From assembly GCA_004764695.1 (NCBI GenBank), contig SMSO01000034.1, positions 62,001 through 126,000 on the forward strand: a stretch of 64,000 bases of DNA. The letters run 5' to 3'. Source of the stretch: Schizochytrium sp. TIO01 (Eukaryota > Protista > Bigyra: Labyrinthulomycetes). A program made the translations under genes and the position numbers. Under the pieces are notes generated by a model. The model saw nothing but the letters and a program-made list of their open reading frames with translations, did no database searches and was not told where the DNA came from. Shown here one piece after another: positions 8,041-19,161 of the stretch; within the stretch, counting starts at the first letter, position 1, and each line of letters starts with the position of its first letter.

Positions 8041-11000
8041 GGATTCCATCCCGAGACCCTCGCTCGAACTCAGGCCTCGCGACGCCTCCCTGCGCCGCCC
8101 AAGCCGCCCACGCGCTGCCGTGGCTTGCCTAGGCCCGCCTGCACACACTCACGTCAGCCGAGGGATCGATTGGTTCTTCGAGCCCAACGGAGCATTTGAG
8201 AACAGACCGCGCGTTATGGGGACCCTGCACCGATATTGGCCTTCGTCCCGGCTCGACTCCTTTGGGGCGGGTTGAATTAGGATGCCAGGCGGCCAGGGGA
8301 GAGCCCGAGGAGGAGGCGCGGCCCTGCCTGCGCTGCCGCCCTCCGCGCCTGCGCTAGGGGCGCCAGCTCTGCGATGAGCGGCACTGCGCTGGCGGAAGCG
8401 ATTTTGACCAAGATTTTGGCGAAGATTTTCAGAGTGACAACATGATCTTCGTGTGTTCCTCTCGCGTTCAAAGTAGAGAACGCAGGCCTAAGGGTGAATT
8501 GTGGCCTCTTAGCATCGTTCTTTTGAGTCAAAGTTTTATTTTCTTTTCAAACTAGTCATTCTCAGAGCTCCACCGGCAGAAAAGAAAACTTTTGAATCGA
8601 GAAACCTTTTTCCCAGAAATGAAAATTCTGTCTTCGAGTGATTTTTATTTTTGAAAACTTTCGAGTTGCATTTGTGTATTGCACTGTATGCAAATACTAT
8701 GTCCATATTAGCTAAAACTGTAGGACCGAAGGTCAGCAATGTTCTAGGAGGGTGGAAAAGGACCTCTCTGTGAGGGCATACTTTTACAGTGGACATGAGA
8801 GGGGAGAGGCGAAGGTTTGAAAGACCCGAGGACGACTGGTACTGATTAGAGTAAGAGACCTTTCATCAAATGAAGGCGAGAGTGGATAACACTCAGGAGA
8901 TCGAGTCGATCAAAAAGTCCAACTTGTCAATTCAATTCACGTCGATCAATTGCAAAGCTAGAGGACAGACCCTCATGATTGAGACACATCTCTCTCAATA
9001 TTTTTACCGCCGACAAATGAAGCCAATTTATTGGTTTTCGCTTGGCTAAGTTAGACTCCGATGTGATCTTCACCAGTATTTGCACGTCATTCATGGAGCT
9101 CCCAATCAACTTTTGAAAAGAAAAAGAAAAAAAAAAATAGATAAAAGTTTTGTTCATTCACTATATAAAGTTTTAAAAAGGTTTTTTGAAACTATATTAA
9201 ACAAATCTTAATCAGTTTCTTGTCTCCCAAGCCTTTGTGATGATGAAAACAGGAAGCGAGGCACTAATCAATCTGTGTAATGTCAGTGATGGTCATGAAT
9301 GATTGATACATTTTAAATAGTGAATGAAACATGGTAGATTATATATCAGGACGTGTCCTTCCTTATACTACTCCTTTTGCTCAGGAAGAATAGAGAAAGA
9401 AAGAATTAGTATTCAAAGTTTTCTGGCAAATGTTTTCGTGATACTTTTCATTTCTTCTGTATCCGTCTCCTTCGGTCACCTACCATAATGAATGACACCT
9501 GGGTGTCTGCTGCTCATGCTGCAGTTGTGGTGTGATGCAATAAATTCTATAACAAGTTTGATTCAGGTATAACTTGAACAAGCGCGTTCCAATACTGAAG
9601 TAACTTCCAAGCAAAAATGTTTGGTGTCCATCGCGGACTTTCTAGGCACGCACAGCAGTCATGTGAGATTCGTCCGCCTCAACAGCTATGCTTGGCTTGA
9701 AACCTGGAGATTGTTTATGCTTGCCCGCACGGTGCAATTTGCTTCACACCAAAGTTCCCCTGTAAAGGTTGCATATGAAACCTTGGCCTTTAATGATCCC
9801 CAATCTGTGAGACGAATTACGCTGCCCAAGTTGGCCAGTTCAAGGATACTGCGACGAGGCTTTCTATTGAGTAAAAAACAGAATGAGAACATCTCCAACA
9901 GTGAAGGCAGCGAAATGTGCAGCATATGATAGGTAGAGAGACATAGTGTGGCAATACCTAACACATCGAGTAAGATGAAGTCAATTAGGCCTAAATCACT
10001 ACTAATATTTTCCAGCACGTTGAGCATTTATTGAAGTGCACTACAAAGTGACTTTAAATTGGTCCGCATACAATTCATGATAAAGGTGAGAAATCATGGA
10101 GGCTTTCCAGCTGATGGTTTACTTGATTAAATTATCTCATACGTATACTCAGCATTTATAATGTCTTTGTCTGCGGTTTAGTTAGCAAAATTTGACCAGT
10201 ATCGTTCCTATGCCCACCACTTTTACTACTAATGCTGGCATCAATTTCATCACCAATCGCTCAGAATCGCCCATCCCTTCTTCGCATCTCAAAAACTTCA
10301 TCACCACCATTATCGACACTTATCACAAGCTGAGGTGATGCATACCAAAAACCACACCATAAATAATCTTCACACATTTCAATTGACGAAGGATCGACTG
10401 CAAGAAGGAGTATACTAGGAAGCCTCGATAGGGGTGCGAGAATGCAAATGATTAAGATAGCCGCACAGGTTGGTCAAAATCTTTCATCGGGCGCTCTCGA
10501 TTTCACGAGACCCTCCACATCTCCACAGCACTATCTCCTCCCAGTTGGTGGTTAATTGAAAATTCTGCAGAGTGATTGGCTCATCCTCCTGAGAGAACCC
10601 CACGCACGGTAGGCAGGCAGCTCAAGTTTGTAAATAACAAAATAAAAACGAAAGTTTTTTCCTTCACCTTTTTTTTTTTTTTTTCATAGTAGCCCGTTGG
10701 GGGGACCGCTTTCAAAAAAAAGAAAGAAAGAAAGAAAAAGGAATGCCCCAAGATGGATCAGCTGCCGCTGTACTTTGTCTCGTATGAACAGCGTCAGTCG
10801 CGTGTCTTTGCGCATGCTCTATTAGCTATAGTACTACTGGATGGTAACAGTAAATTGCTGAGCTCCAAGGACGCACATGTTACACCTACTTCCAAGGCCA
10901 CAGTTGTGTCCCATTCAGCTAGGTAATATCAACTTGAAGACAGGCGTAAACTCCCCCTTTGCAGCTGTTTGAGCAGTCAGTCAGATGCCCTCCTGGCTTG

Positions 11001-11277
11001 CTAGACATGGTCGCCACCAGGCTGTTGAAAACTATGTTGTATGTTGAGCGGGAAACTTGATTGCTTGATGCTCAGGTATGTGCTGCTAAAATGCCAGCAC
11101 CACTGGCGGAGATGTTTTTTATTTATTTTATTTATTTATATGTTTTTACCTTGTCCTCGTCTTTGCGTACAATTTGCGCTGACCTTTGTCACCTTCGTGA
11201 CAGTTTTCCCCTAGATCGCTTTAACATTCTACGTGAGGCCTTATTCAGCTTTCGAACCTAGGTGATACACGTATAGT

Positions 11278-11374
11278 CAGAATCTATGGACTTGCATGCC
11301 GTGTGAAAGATCATAGTCGAGATAATCAGAGTCTATGAACTTTGTACGCCCATGTGAAAGATCATAGTCGAGAT
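11278..11374. repeat. Imperfect ~50-bp tandem duplication
   Basis: cagaatctatggacttgcatgccgtgtgaaagatcatagtcgagat is followed by cagagtctatgaactttgtacgcccatgtgaaagatcatagtcgagat. The core tgtgaaagatcatagtcgagat is identical in both. Confidence 0.85.
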
Positions 11375-13220
11375 CTCTGTCATGAAATACTCACTTCAAG
11401 ATTAAGTCAATTGTCAAACGAGGCACCCATCTCTCCATCTTTTACCATTCGGAAGTCCATCATAGTAAGATACAGCGACAGCATTTGCCAAAACCTAACA
11501 TGAGCTTGCTTGGCATTGTCGCAGGATTTATAGTATTCATGGCAAATAACAGGATCATGAACATGGAACTGCCATTTGGCCGGATAGGGCGGACGAGAAG
11601 ACCCCCCCGCACGTTTATGATCTTTCGTTGTAGCTTGTGATTCCGCAAGCTGCTGACGATATTTAACTTCTTGTGGAATCTAATGTGCAAGCCTTTTCAG
11701 CTGGAACTAATTGGCACCTTCTGCATCCTTTACAAAACTCTTATCAAGTATCGTTATTTTATATTCAAGCTGCATCGACTTTCAAATTTGTAAAGATTCT
11801 GTGAATCGAAAGTTAACCCACTCAACACCATCATCTGTCCCGTATTTAGCTCTTGAGAGAGGTTGGGGAACGGTGTTCTGAGCATGTTACTGATATCGCG
11901 CCGATAATGATTAGGCAATAATTATTTTATAATATGTCATAATTTAAAAAATAAAATAAACAAACGTTTTGTGGTGTTAAAAATTAATCACTGCTAATAG
12001 ACAAGGTTAGTTACTACCAAGAAGCAAACCAAAAAAACAAGAAGAATGACCCTCCCTACTGGCACCATGACTGATGCTGCTCGCAAAGTAGTCATATTGT
12101 ACGCAGTACAAAGCGTCAGCGCTGACGAGAAGGAGCCCGTGTTATCAGCTTGCAGGCGTTTTCTGAAGTAGGTCAGGAGGCCACTGGCTCGGTATAAAAT
12201 TGTATTCTTTTAATTTTGGTGATTTGAATTCCTAGCTCTACAAAATAATACTACCACAAGAACTCGACAGCTATAAGCTTGTTTGCAGCAAATCCCGATT
12301 CCTCTGGTTCTACTGTAATTCCCAGCCTGCCTTGAATTAAGGAAAGCAAGCATGGCATAATCCATGTTTCCCCTGACCGCTAGCGCTGTCTTGTTTTAAC
12401 TGACATAATAGAGCGATGAGCGTGCGCCGCAGACTTTCCTTAAAGTACGGTAAAACGGGGCTCCATTGTCATCATAACAAACAACCACAAGAGAAATGAC
12501 ACCCTCTTTGAATCTCCCTTAACTAATTGATTGTAACACCAATTGCCCCACCAGGAGGTCTCTGAGAGTCGCTTGGCCCGATAAAACATTCAATCTATAG
12601 GCTGCTTATATGTTTTCTGTAGCAGTAAGGTACTACTACTACTGGTAGTAACCTAAAGACACAGACTCCTACTGGTTGATTGGACTAGGGAAGAACAAGA
12701 AGGTGGTTATCGGTATTGCAGGAGACATAAACTACTACACAGGCCAACTATTCGGGCATTTGCTTGAACGCTGTCTCTAGGAAACGGTTCTTTCTCAATC
12801 AGTCTGCGTAGAAGCATGGTCATAGCATTATTAGCAAACCAGCAGCAATCCTCAGTGACAATATGATGGAAAATAGAGATTTTCCATGCCAAAGGAATGA
12901 ATTCTGCGGCTCTCAAACACAAAAAATATGTCATGTAACGAAGAACTGAAGGCCAATATCATTGACTCTGTCGCAACGAAAAAAAAAAAGTGATGTGAAG
13001 ATATGCACCGTATCGTAAGGACGACATATACCCCTTTGAACCTCTGGAAACCGTTCTTTGATGTCTAAGAACTAGGCTACAATCCCACCTCAACAGCGTG
13101 ACAAGTGTACAGCACATCTCTGACATGAAGAATCCTGATGATCAGGTTTTACAAAGCAGTGCTTTCGGATCATCTAGAAAAGGATATCACTGTCCAATAC
13201 CAGGGGCAAATGTATCAAAC

Positions 13221-13850
13221 TCAACCAGAAAGCGTCGCAAGTGCACGACGCATTTCTGGCATGAGAAATTCTGGGGATGGAAAACCAATGACCATGGCAG
13301 ATCTTAGCTTTAAAGCTTTCCCCAACAACTGGGGCGAAGTCTCCTGAAGAGAGTACATGCGAACCCCGCGTGCCTTACATGCCGCGCTGACTTGTTTTGG
13401 GAATGCCTCGTCTACTGCCTCGGGCTTAGCACAGACCACAACTGCAGCTAGCTCGGATTTTTTCCCGGCGTCCTCCTCAAGTTTACGCAGGACAGCCCGC
13501 AAGCCAATCACAAGCAAACCTTGGCTTCCCGTCCCTGAAAGCGCTGAAGGCATCAAAGGAATAAAAGTTTGCTCAAGCTCAGCTTTAGATGACGAAGAGT
13601 TCTTAATTTTGACCATATCACTGGTTGAAGTCCCCGGCATACCATGTCTTTGCTGATGCCTTTGCTGCTTGGCACGTAGTTCTGCAAGACGCTGCTTACG
13701 GCGAGACTTTTGCACTTGACGAGCTTGTACAGAGGTCTTCCAGCGCGTACCGGATGCAGAGAGTCTCCACGCATTTTCGAGTGCCGCTGTGAAAGCGCAC
13801 TCGTCGTAGACTTGATTCAACTCCGCAGGACCACCCGTGCCAGTGCTCAT
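13221..13850 (-). CDS. L7Ae/L30e/S12e/Gadd45-family RNA-binding protein, possibly RNase P/MRP subunit POP3/RPP38-like
   Basis: 209-aa ATG ORF. The C-terminal half LVIGLRAVLRKLE...AAVVVCAK...ACKARGVRMYSL...LGKALKLRSAMVIGF matches the L7Ae fold pattern. There is a basic N-terminal extension. Confidence 0.75.
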   Translation of the reverse strand: MSTGTGGPAELNQVYDECAFTAALENAWRLSASGTRWKTSVQARQVQKSRRKQRLAELRAKQQRHQQRHGMPGTSTSDMVKIKNSSSSKAELEQTFIPLMPSALSGTGSQGLLVIGLRAVLRKLEEDAGKKSELAAVVVCAKPEAVDEAFPKQVSAACKARGVRMYSLQETSPQLLGKALKLRSAMVIGFPSPEFLMPEMRRALATLSG

Positions 13851-14502
13851 GCTGATGGCTAATCACCGCTGTTTTAATAATAAGAAAAAGCTCGTCCTGG
13901 CAAAAGCTCGTGCCGTGTCTGAGTCCTCCACAGGAGCTTTGCTGTTAGAGTTTACCTTGCCTTCGAGATATTCTGCTCCCGCCAGCACTTGTGAGTATAC
14001 CGTGGTAAAGCCAAATCGTGAAAAAGTCATACTACCCTACCCAGGTAGCAGTATTATATTGTTTTTATCTGTCCACTTCTAGAGTTCTCTCTATTCCACG
14101 CTAGAGTTATAATACGTAGTGGCATGTTGAGAGGCGAGGAATCATGTCAAGGATCATGAAAGAAAACTCTGAGCCTACTTGTTTTTTATATACACCTAGT
14201 CCGAATGGCTCGTTGATAATCCGTGCCCTCTCTGAATCTTGTGTTATGTTTTTTCATTCAAACTTCAAAAATTCTTCTTGTTTTTCAAGAATTGCAGCAA
14301 CCTACCTACCATTTACAATCACATCTAAAATTTTCTATGCTCATGCTCATGCATATAAACAACACGGTTGTGGATTAAAGTCTAGGCACTTTGTTCATTT
14401 TGCAATGATTGTTTATATGCAAGCTAAAAGATTTCAAGGTTTGTCTGACAAGATTGTTCATGCTGGCGAAAATTCAGAGAAATACTGCCTCGAGCTTAAA
14501 AA

Positions 14503-14717
14503 AGGTTTTAGATGTGCTCTCAGGAATGTTTAAAATTTGTAAACTCCAACTCGATCTGTTGAGAAGTGCTACCCAATATCTGAGGAACTATCGCAACCAC
14601 TTCTTGGAATCACTACTATATCTCAAGAAACGTCGTAGTTCTAACTCGCCATTTACGTCTTCCTCGACCTGGTCTGGTGGTTTTAGATATGCTCTCAGGA
14701 GTATTTAAAATCCGTAA
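14503..14717. repeat. Pair of ~40-bp imperfect direct repeats about 175 bp apart
   Basis: ggttttagatgtgctctcaggaatgtttaaaatttgtaa (~14504) versus ggttttagatatgctctcaggagtatttaaaatccgtaa (~14679). Confidence 0.75.
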
Positions 14718-15446
14718 GCACCTACATGTACTGCTCGATGGTTTCCTTCAAGTCTACCAACTATTGATCTTTCGATTTGGGATGGGTTAGCCGCCTGCTG
14801 TCATTTTCGCGTTTTACTCCCTAGATATGTTATAGATTCAGTGCTTGAACCTCTGAGCTCGGAGTCTGCTCTTGTAGACAGCTTCTATTTAGCTATGTGC
14901 GGGAATGAAAGAGAAGAACTCACGGCAAGTATTCTACACCAACCTCAGGGTGAAGAAGCTAATAACCATCTCCAAGCGGCAACAGGATCAGGACTACAAT
15001 GTTGTCTTTCCTGTAGAGGTGGATTCCGTATGAACATCACACAAAAAATCAAACAAAAGAATACATTACTGCGGAGAATGCTGACAATGAGAGCAACAAA
15101 AAATTAGAACATAGAAATTACTAAATCACGAAAAAATTGGGGGAACTTTGTGTAACGCCGACACAAAGTGAAATGATGATACGAGTATATGAAAAGAAGT
15201 GAGGGACTGCTTATGAGTTCAACATGACTACAGCTCTGGTGCTGTTAATGAATGTTCGTCGATGTCGTACTTCGAGACCACCACCACAGTGATAGCAGAA
15301 GCGGTAGAGCGACTGCACCTGGACGCAAAACATTTTGCGCTGAAAAGTCAAAAAGGAGTCGACTTTTGATTTTATAGCTTTCTGTTTGGGGAGCACGCAT
15401 AATTTTATTCAAGAGAGGTGTACCGAGGCAGGAACAGCCATTGAGC

Positions 15447-17438
15447 TTACTTACCCTGGAAAAGAGCAGTAAACAACGTGTTGTACTCTGCCTGCTCCTC
15501 GTTGATGCTCGTGACAGTCATGGTGTTAGGGAGACCCTCTTGTTTGATGTATTCGTCAGCAACGTGCATACCGGAAGCGCGTTCATACGCAGTGGCGCGG
15601 CTGCCGAGCCAGATCCAGATGCCGATGTTAGCATGGACGAGGAAGACATCATCCGGGTCAAGGGCGCGTCGTGGCACCTTTCCTTCGGCTTCAAGTTTAA
15701 AGGAGAGGGAACCGCTGGCGTCAGAAATACGCCACAAGCGGATTGAGGAAGAATCAAGGCGCTCATCACCATGGAGTTCAATCTCGAACGGGTCTTCTGA
15801 GGGCCGAACATCATCGATGGTACCACCAAGAGTCTTCCAGAAAAGATCATCAGCGTCGGCCTTGACAGCCTTGCCGTGGCGAGACGAGCAAATATTAGCT
15901 TGCAAGAGACCACTACGGTTCTTCTCAAAGACGTTAGCCTCATCACCAACCCAGCGATAGACGACGCGGCCTGTGTCAAGCACAAAAGCATCACCATGGT
16001 TCATGCACCGAGCATCAACGGGAATGCTGAATGCTTTGGTGACACGTGATGCATGGCGAATCATGAGCAGACGAGGCTCGTACTCCGTAGGCAAGACCTT
16101 GCGGAAGCCACTCTCGTGACCTCCATTCAAGTAAATAAGCTCCTTGAAGTAGCTCAGGAAGAGCTTTGATTCGTGTCCCTGGATCTCGCGATGGTGTACC
16201 GGACGGTCGTCGAGAATAGCGGATAGTTCGACAGTCTTGATTGCCGCCGTACCGATCTCATCCTGACTACTCTCAGAACCAAGCCAGAAGTGGACGTCGT
16301 ACTCGAATTTGCGGTCATTTTTCTTACGCGTGTCCTTGTCAACAGGGTGGTATGTGTTGAGGATGATGTAAGAATCACCTGAATAAAAGCTACCATATTC
16401 GTCCTTGGGCCATTTACGGACGCCAAATTCAGGGGTATCGTTCTTAGTGCGTTTGTTCTCGACACGCCAGATTTCAAGACCTACCTTGCGACCAGCCTTG
16501 GCAATGTACTTGTCAGTGAGAGCAGCGGCCTTGCGAGCTGCACGGTCTTCCACACTTCCAATACCGGCGATGTTGCTGTCTTCAAGACGTGCTTGAACAG
16601 CCTCAATCACCTCAGTGTTGCCATCCTCCTGAATAGAGTGCAGCCTCGGCCCGCGGCCTGCGCCACTCATACGAGAACGGCGCCATGACATGCGGCTCAC
16701 GGAGCTACGCTGGCCACCACTGGCAGAGTTGTTGCTGCTTCCTGAAAAGCGCCTCAAGCTGTTACGGAGAGAAAATCTTCTTGAGCTGCTCTGCGAGCTT
16801 GTGCTGTTTCTGCGAGATGCCGATTCGCGAGCTGCTGCCGCAGCTGTCGCGGCTGCTGCTGCCGCTGCTACTGCCGCCGCAGCGTCTTCGTCATCAGCCT
16901 CCTCATCGGCAGCAGATTCTTCGGTCTCCTCTTCCTCAGCAGAGTCCTTGGCATCCTCATCCGCATCGTTTTGTTCTTCATCGGTATTCGAAGCCTCTTC
17001 CTCGTCCTTGGCTTCATCTTCTTCGGCCTCCTCAATCTTGCGCTCGTTCTCAGGCTCTTCCTCCTCAGAAATTGCATCAAGAGTCTCCACGGCCGCTGCC
17101 TCAGTGCTCAGTTCCTGCATTGACCTCTGCGATTGCGAAGATCCTCGTCTTGACCTCACGCTCCGCAAGCTGTTACGGATCGAGCTTCGAATCGAAACTC
17201 TCCTGGGAGTCATTTGCCTCTCGTCGTCCTTTTTAAGCACGCTCACAGGTTCGTCTGCGTCGTTCTCTTCGTCGTCCGAGTTGTTACCGTGTTCTGCGGC
17301 CTTTGTCTCGTCTTCTGTGTCCAAAGCCCAGGTCACGGTCCGGCTGAACATGTCGCGAGCTCCGTTCCAGTAGGTTGAAATAGTAGCGAGGTAGCCCTGC
17401 TCCTCCGTCGACGTTTCCTGCTGCGACGTCGAAGCCAT
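15447..17438 (-). CDS. Gelsolin/severin/fragmin-type actin-binding protein (3 gelsolin repeats) with a long acidic and Ser/Arg-rich N-terminal extension
   Basis: GLEIWRVEN...YGSFYSGDSYIILNT...DVHFWLGSESSQDEIGTAAIKTVEL...HREIQGHESKLFLSYF (G1), MNHGDAFVLDTG...W (G2), LDPDDVFLV...IWIWLGSRAT (G3). The first ATG is at 17438 (MASTSQ, 663 aa). The ORF-track extension upstream of it is a GATT microsatellite. Confidence 0.93.
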   Translation of the reverse strand: MASTSQQETSTEEQGYLATISTYWNGARDMFSRTVTWALDTEDETKAAEHGNNSDDEENDADEPVSVLKKDDERQMTPRRVSIRSSIRNSLRSVRSRRGSSQSQRSMQELSTEAAAVETLDAISEEEEPENERKIEEAEEDEAKDEEEASNTDEEQNDADEDAKDSAEEEETEESAADEEADDEDAAAAVAAAAAAATAAAAARESASRRNSTSSQSSSRRFSLRNSLRRFSGSSNNSASGGQRSSVSRMSWRRSRMSGAGRGPRLHSIQEDGNTEVIEAVQARLEDSNIAGIGSVEDRAARKAAALTDKYIAKAGRKVGLEIWRVENKRTKNDTPEFGVRKWPKDEYGSFYSGDSYIILNTYHPVDKDTRKKNDRKFEYDVHFWLGSESSQDEIGTAAIKTVELSAILDDRPVHHREIQGHESKLFLSYFKELIYLNGGHESGFRKVLPTEYEPRLLMIRHASRVTKAFSIPVDARCMNHGDAFVLDTGRVVYRWVGDEANVFEKNRSGLLQANICSSRHGKAVKADADDLFWKTLGGTIDDVRPSEDPFEIELHGDERLDSSSIRLWRISDASGSLSFKLEAEGKVPRRALDPDDVFLVHANIGIWIWLGSRATAYERASGMHVADEYIKQEGLPNTMTVTSINEEQAEYNTLFTALFQGK

Positions 17439-17454
17439 AGCGTTTTGCTGTCTC

Positions 17455-17479
17455 AGTCGATCGATCGATCGATGAATCA

Positions 17480-17510
<31 letters not shown>

Positions 17511-17526
17511 TATCAATTAATTGATC
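17455..17526. repeat. (GATC)n/(GATT)n microsatellite immediately 5' of the gelsolin start codon
   Basis: gtcgatcgatcgatcgatgaatcaattgattgattgattgattgattgattgatttatcaattaattgatc. Confidence 0.9.
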
Positions 17527-19109
17527 AAAAGTGCTCCCTCCCTCAAGTAGCAATTACCACGTACTATAAGAAAGTTATTCTCTCTTTTCTTGCTATTTCT
17601 TTCTCTCTCTCTCTCCCTCACACTTCCTTCCAAAAGCAAGCACCAAAATCAGAGGAGATGATAGACAGACAGACAGACAAACAGCCAGAAGTCAGAAGTC
17701 AGCGAGAGCCGCGATTGATCTCTCGCAGCACAAGGGGCGAGACGAGACGCCGCACTGGCGAAAAGGATGACCAAGCAGGAGCTGCCGACCTCCAGCGACG
17801 TCTCCTCTCCTTTTCCCTTCGATGTCTCTTTTGTTTCCTTGCTTCTTCTTTTCTTTCTTCTTCCTGGCTCACACGTGCGCAGGCGCTCAGCACTTTTTTT
17901 TTTTTTAATTTTTTTTTTTGGAGCCTCTTCCTTCTCTTTTAAGTGGACTGATTGTTTGTTTGCTTATTCGTCTGCTTGTTTGCTTTCGATTGCCTGATTG
18001 ATGGATCGATTGATTATACGAAGCTTGCTTAGACCCGCTCAGGCCAGGGCTAATGCGGACGTCGGGAGGGGTAGCCGCGAGGCTCGTCGCCGCTGGCGTC
18101 TGCTGCCGCTGGCACTCGTGAAGCTGCGAGTGTTCTGCAAGTGCGCCTTCACCTTTCTTTTATTATAAACAACTTTTTAAAAATGAACGAATGAAAGGAT
18201 ATAAGAAGAATGAAAGAAAGGAAGAAAGAAAGAAAGAAAGAAGAAAGGAAGGGGATCTCTAGCACCCTTCAGGCTGTATGTAGCAGAAAGAAACCTAGTG
18301 GCACGGCTGAGTCCCTCGCGAAGAAGCCCTGTGCGCTCCCGAGATCCTCGCTCGAACCCGCTCTCGCTTCGTCTGTCAGCTCTAAAGTCAAATGGATCAA
18401 AATGCTCAGTCAGTCATCCACTCTGTGAGTCGATCTACCCACCACAAAGGAAAGGAAACGAAAACAAGCGCTCTGTCGGGAAGGAAGAAGAAGCGTCGCG
18501 AGGGGGTCCCCTGGTCACGCGCAGTGGTTTCTTGTGTGCAGGCCAGCTCGCAGCAGCCTCCACAAGAAAGCTAGAAAGCAAGCCCAGCAATGTACTTTCA
18601 GGGCCTGAAACCTCCCTCTCCCTGCCTCAGAGCCTCCACGGCGCCCCAGGCCTGGCCAGCCACCTGGTCAGCAGCCGCACGGCATCCCGGGCTCCTGGCC
18701 GCCCTCGACGGCCACCAGCGCGTGCACGCTTTAGTCTCCTCTCCTTGTCAATTCTTTCTTTACTTTTTAAGGTTATTCCTTTTTTAATTTATTCATTTCT
18801 TTAATTTATTCTTTTTGTACGCGCTGTGATTTTTATAAATAAGTGAATGAATGAATAAATGAATGGAATAGGTCCAGAATACAGTAGAACATAATGAAAG
18901 AACTGGAAAGGGCCAATGAGAAATCCTCTCCCTTTCGCGCTTTCCTGCTCGCCATCCACGCCATTACCTACGAGGAGTAGATTCCCTCCCTCCTCCCTCC
19001 CTCACGCTCCTTCATCTACAAAGCACCTACCGCCGACATAGGCTCCTTCCTACTGAGAGGCTTACTTACCTTTTCTTCGCTCGAACGAGTGTTATTTTAA
19101 TTATTCCAA

Positions 19110-19161
19110 TCAAATTGAATGGAATTGAATGGAATATGGAATGGAATGGAATTGAATTGAA
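19110..19161. repeat. (GAATG/GAATT)n pentamer-type microsatellite
   Basis: attgaatggaattgaatggaatatggaatggaatggaattgaattga. Confidence 0.8.

Noticed and set aside
7939-8275. ORFs with IRNSKF/FEFRI repeats; possible CRISPR-like or heat-shock-element array
   Set aside because: These translate the heptamer array. There are no unique spacers or cas genes, and the spacing mostly does not fit a canonical HSE.
9621-10027. Overlapping ~100-aa ORFs on both strands
   Set aside because: No recognisable domain or coding-like bias; cannot be supported as a gene or pseudogene.
17439-17516. MINQSINQS extension of the gelsolin ORF
   Set aside because: Non-ATG start running through a (GATT)n microsatellite.
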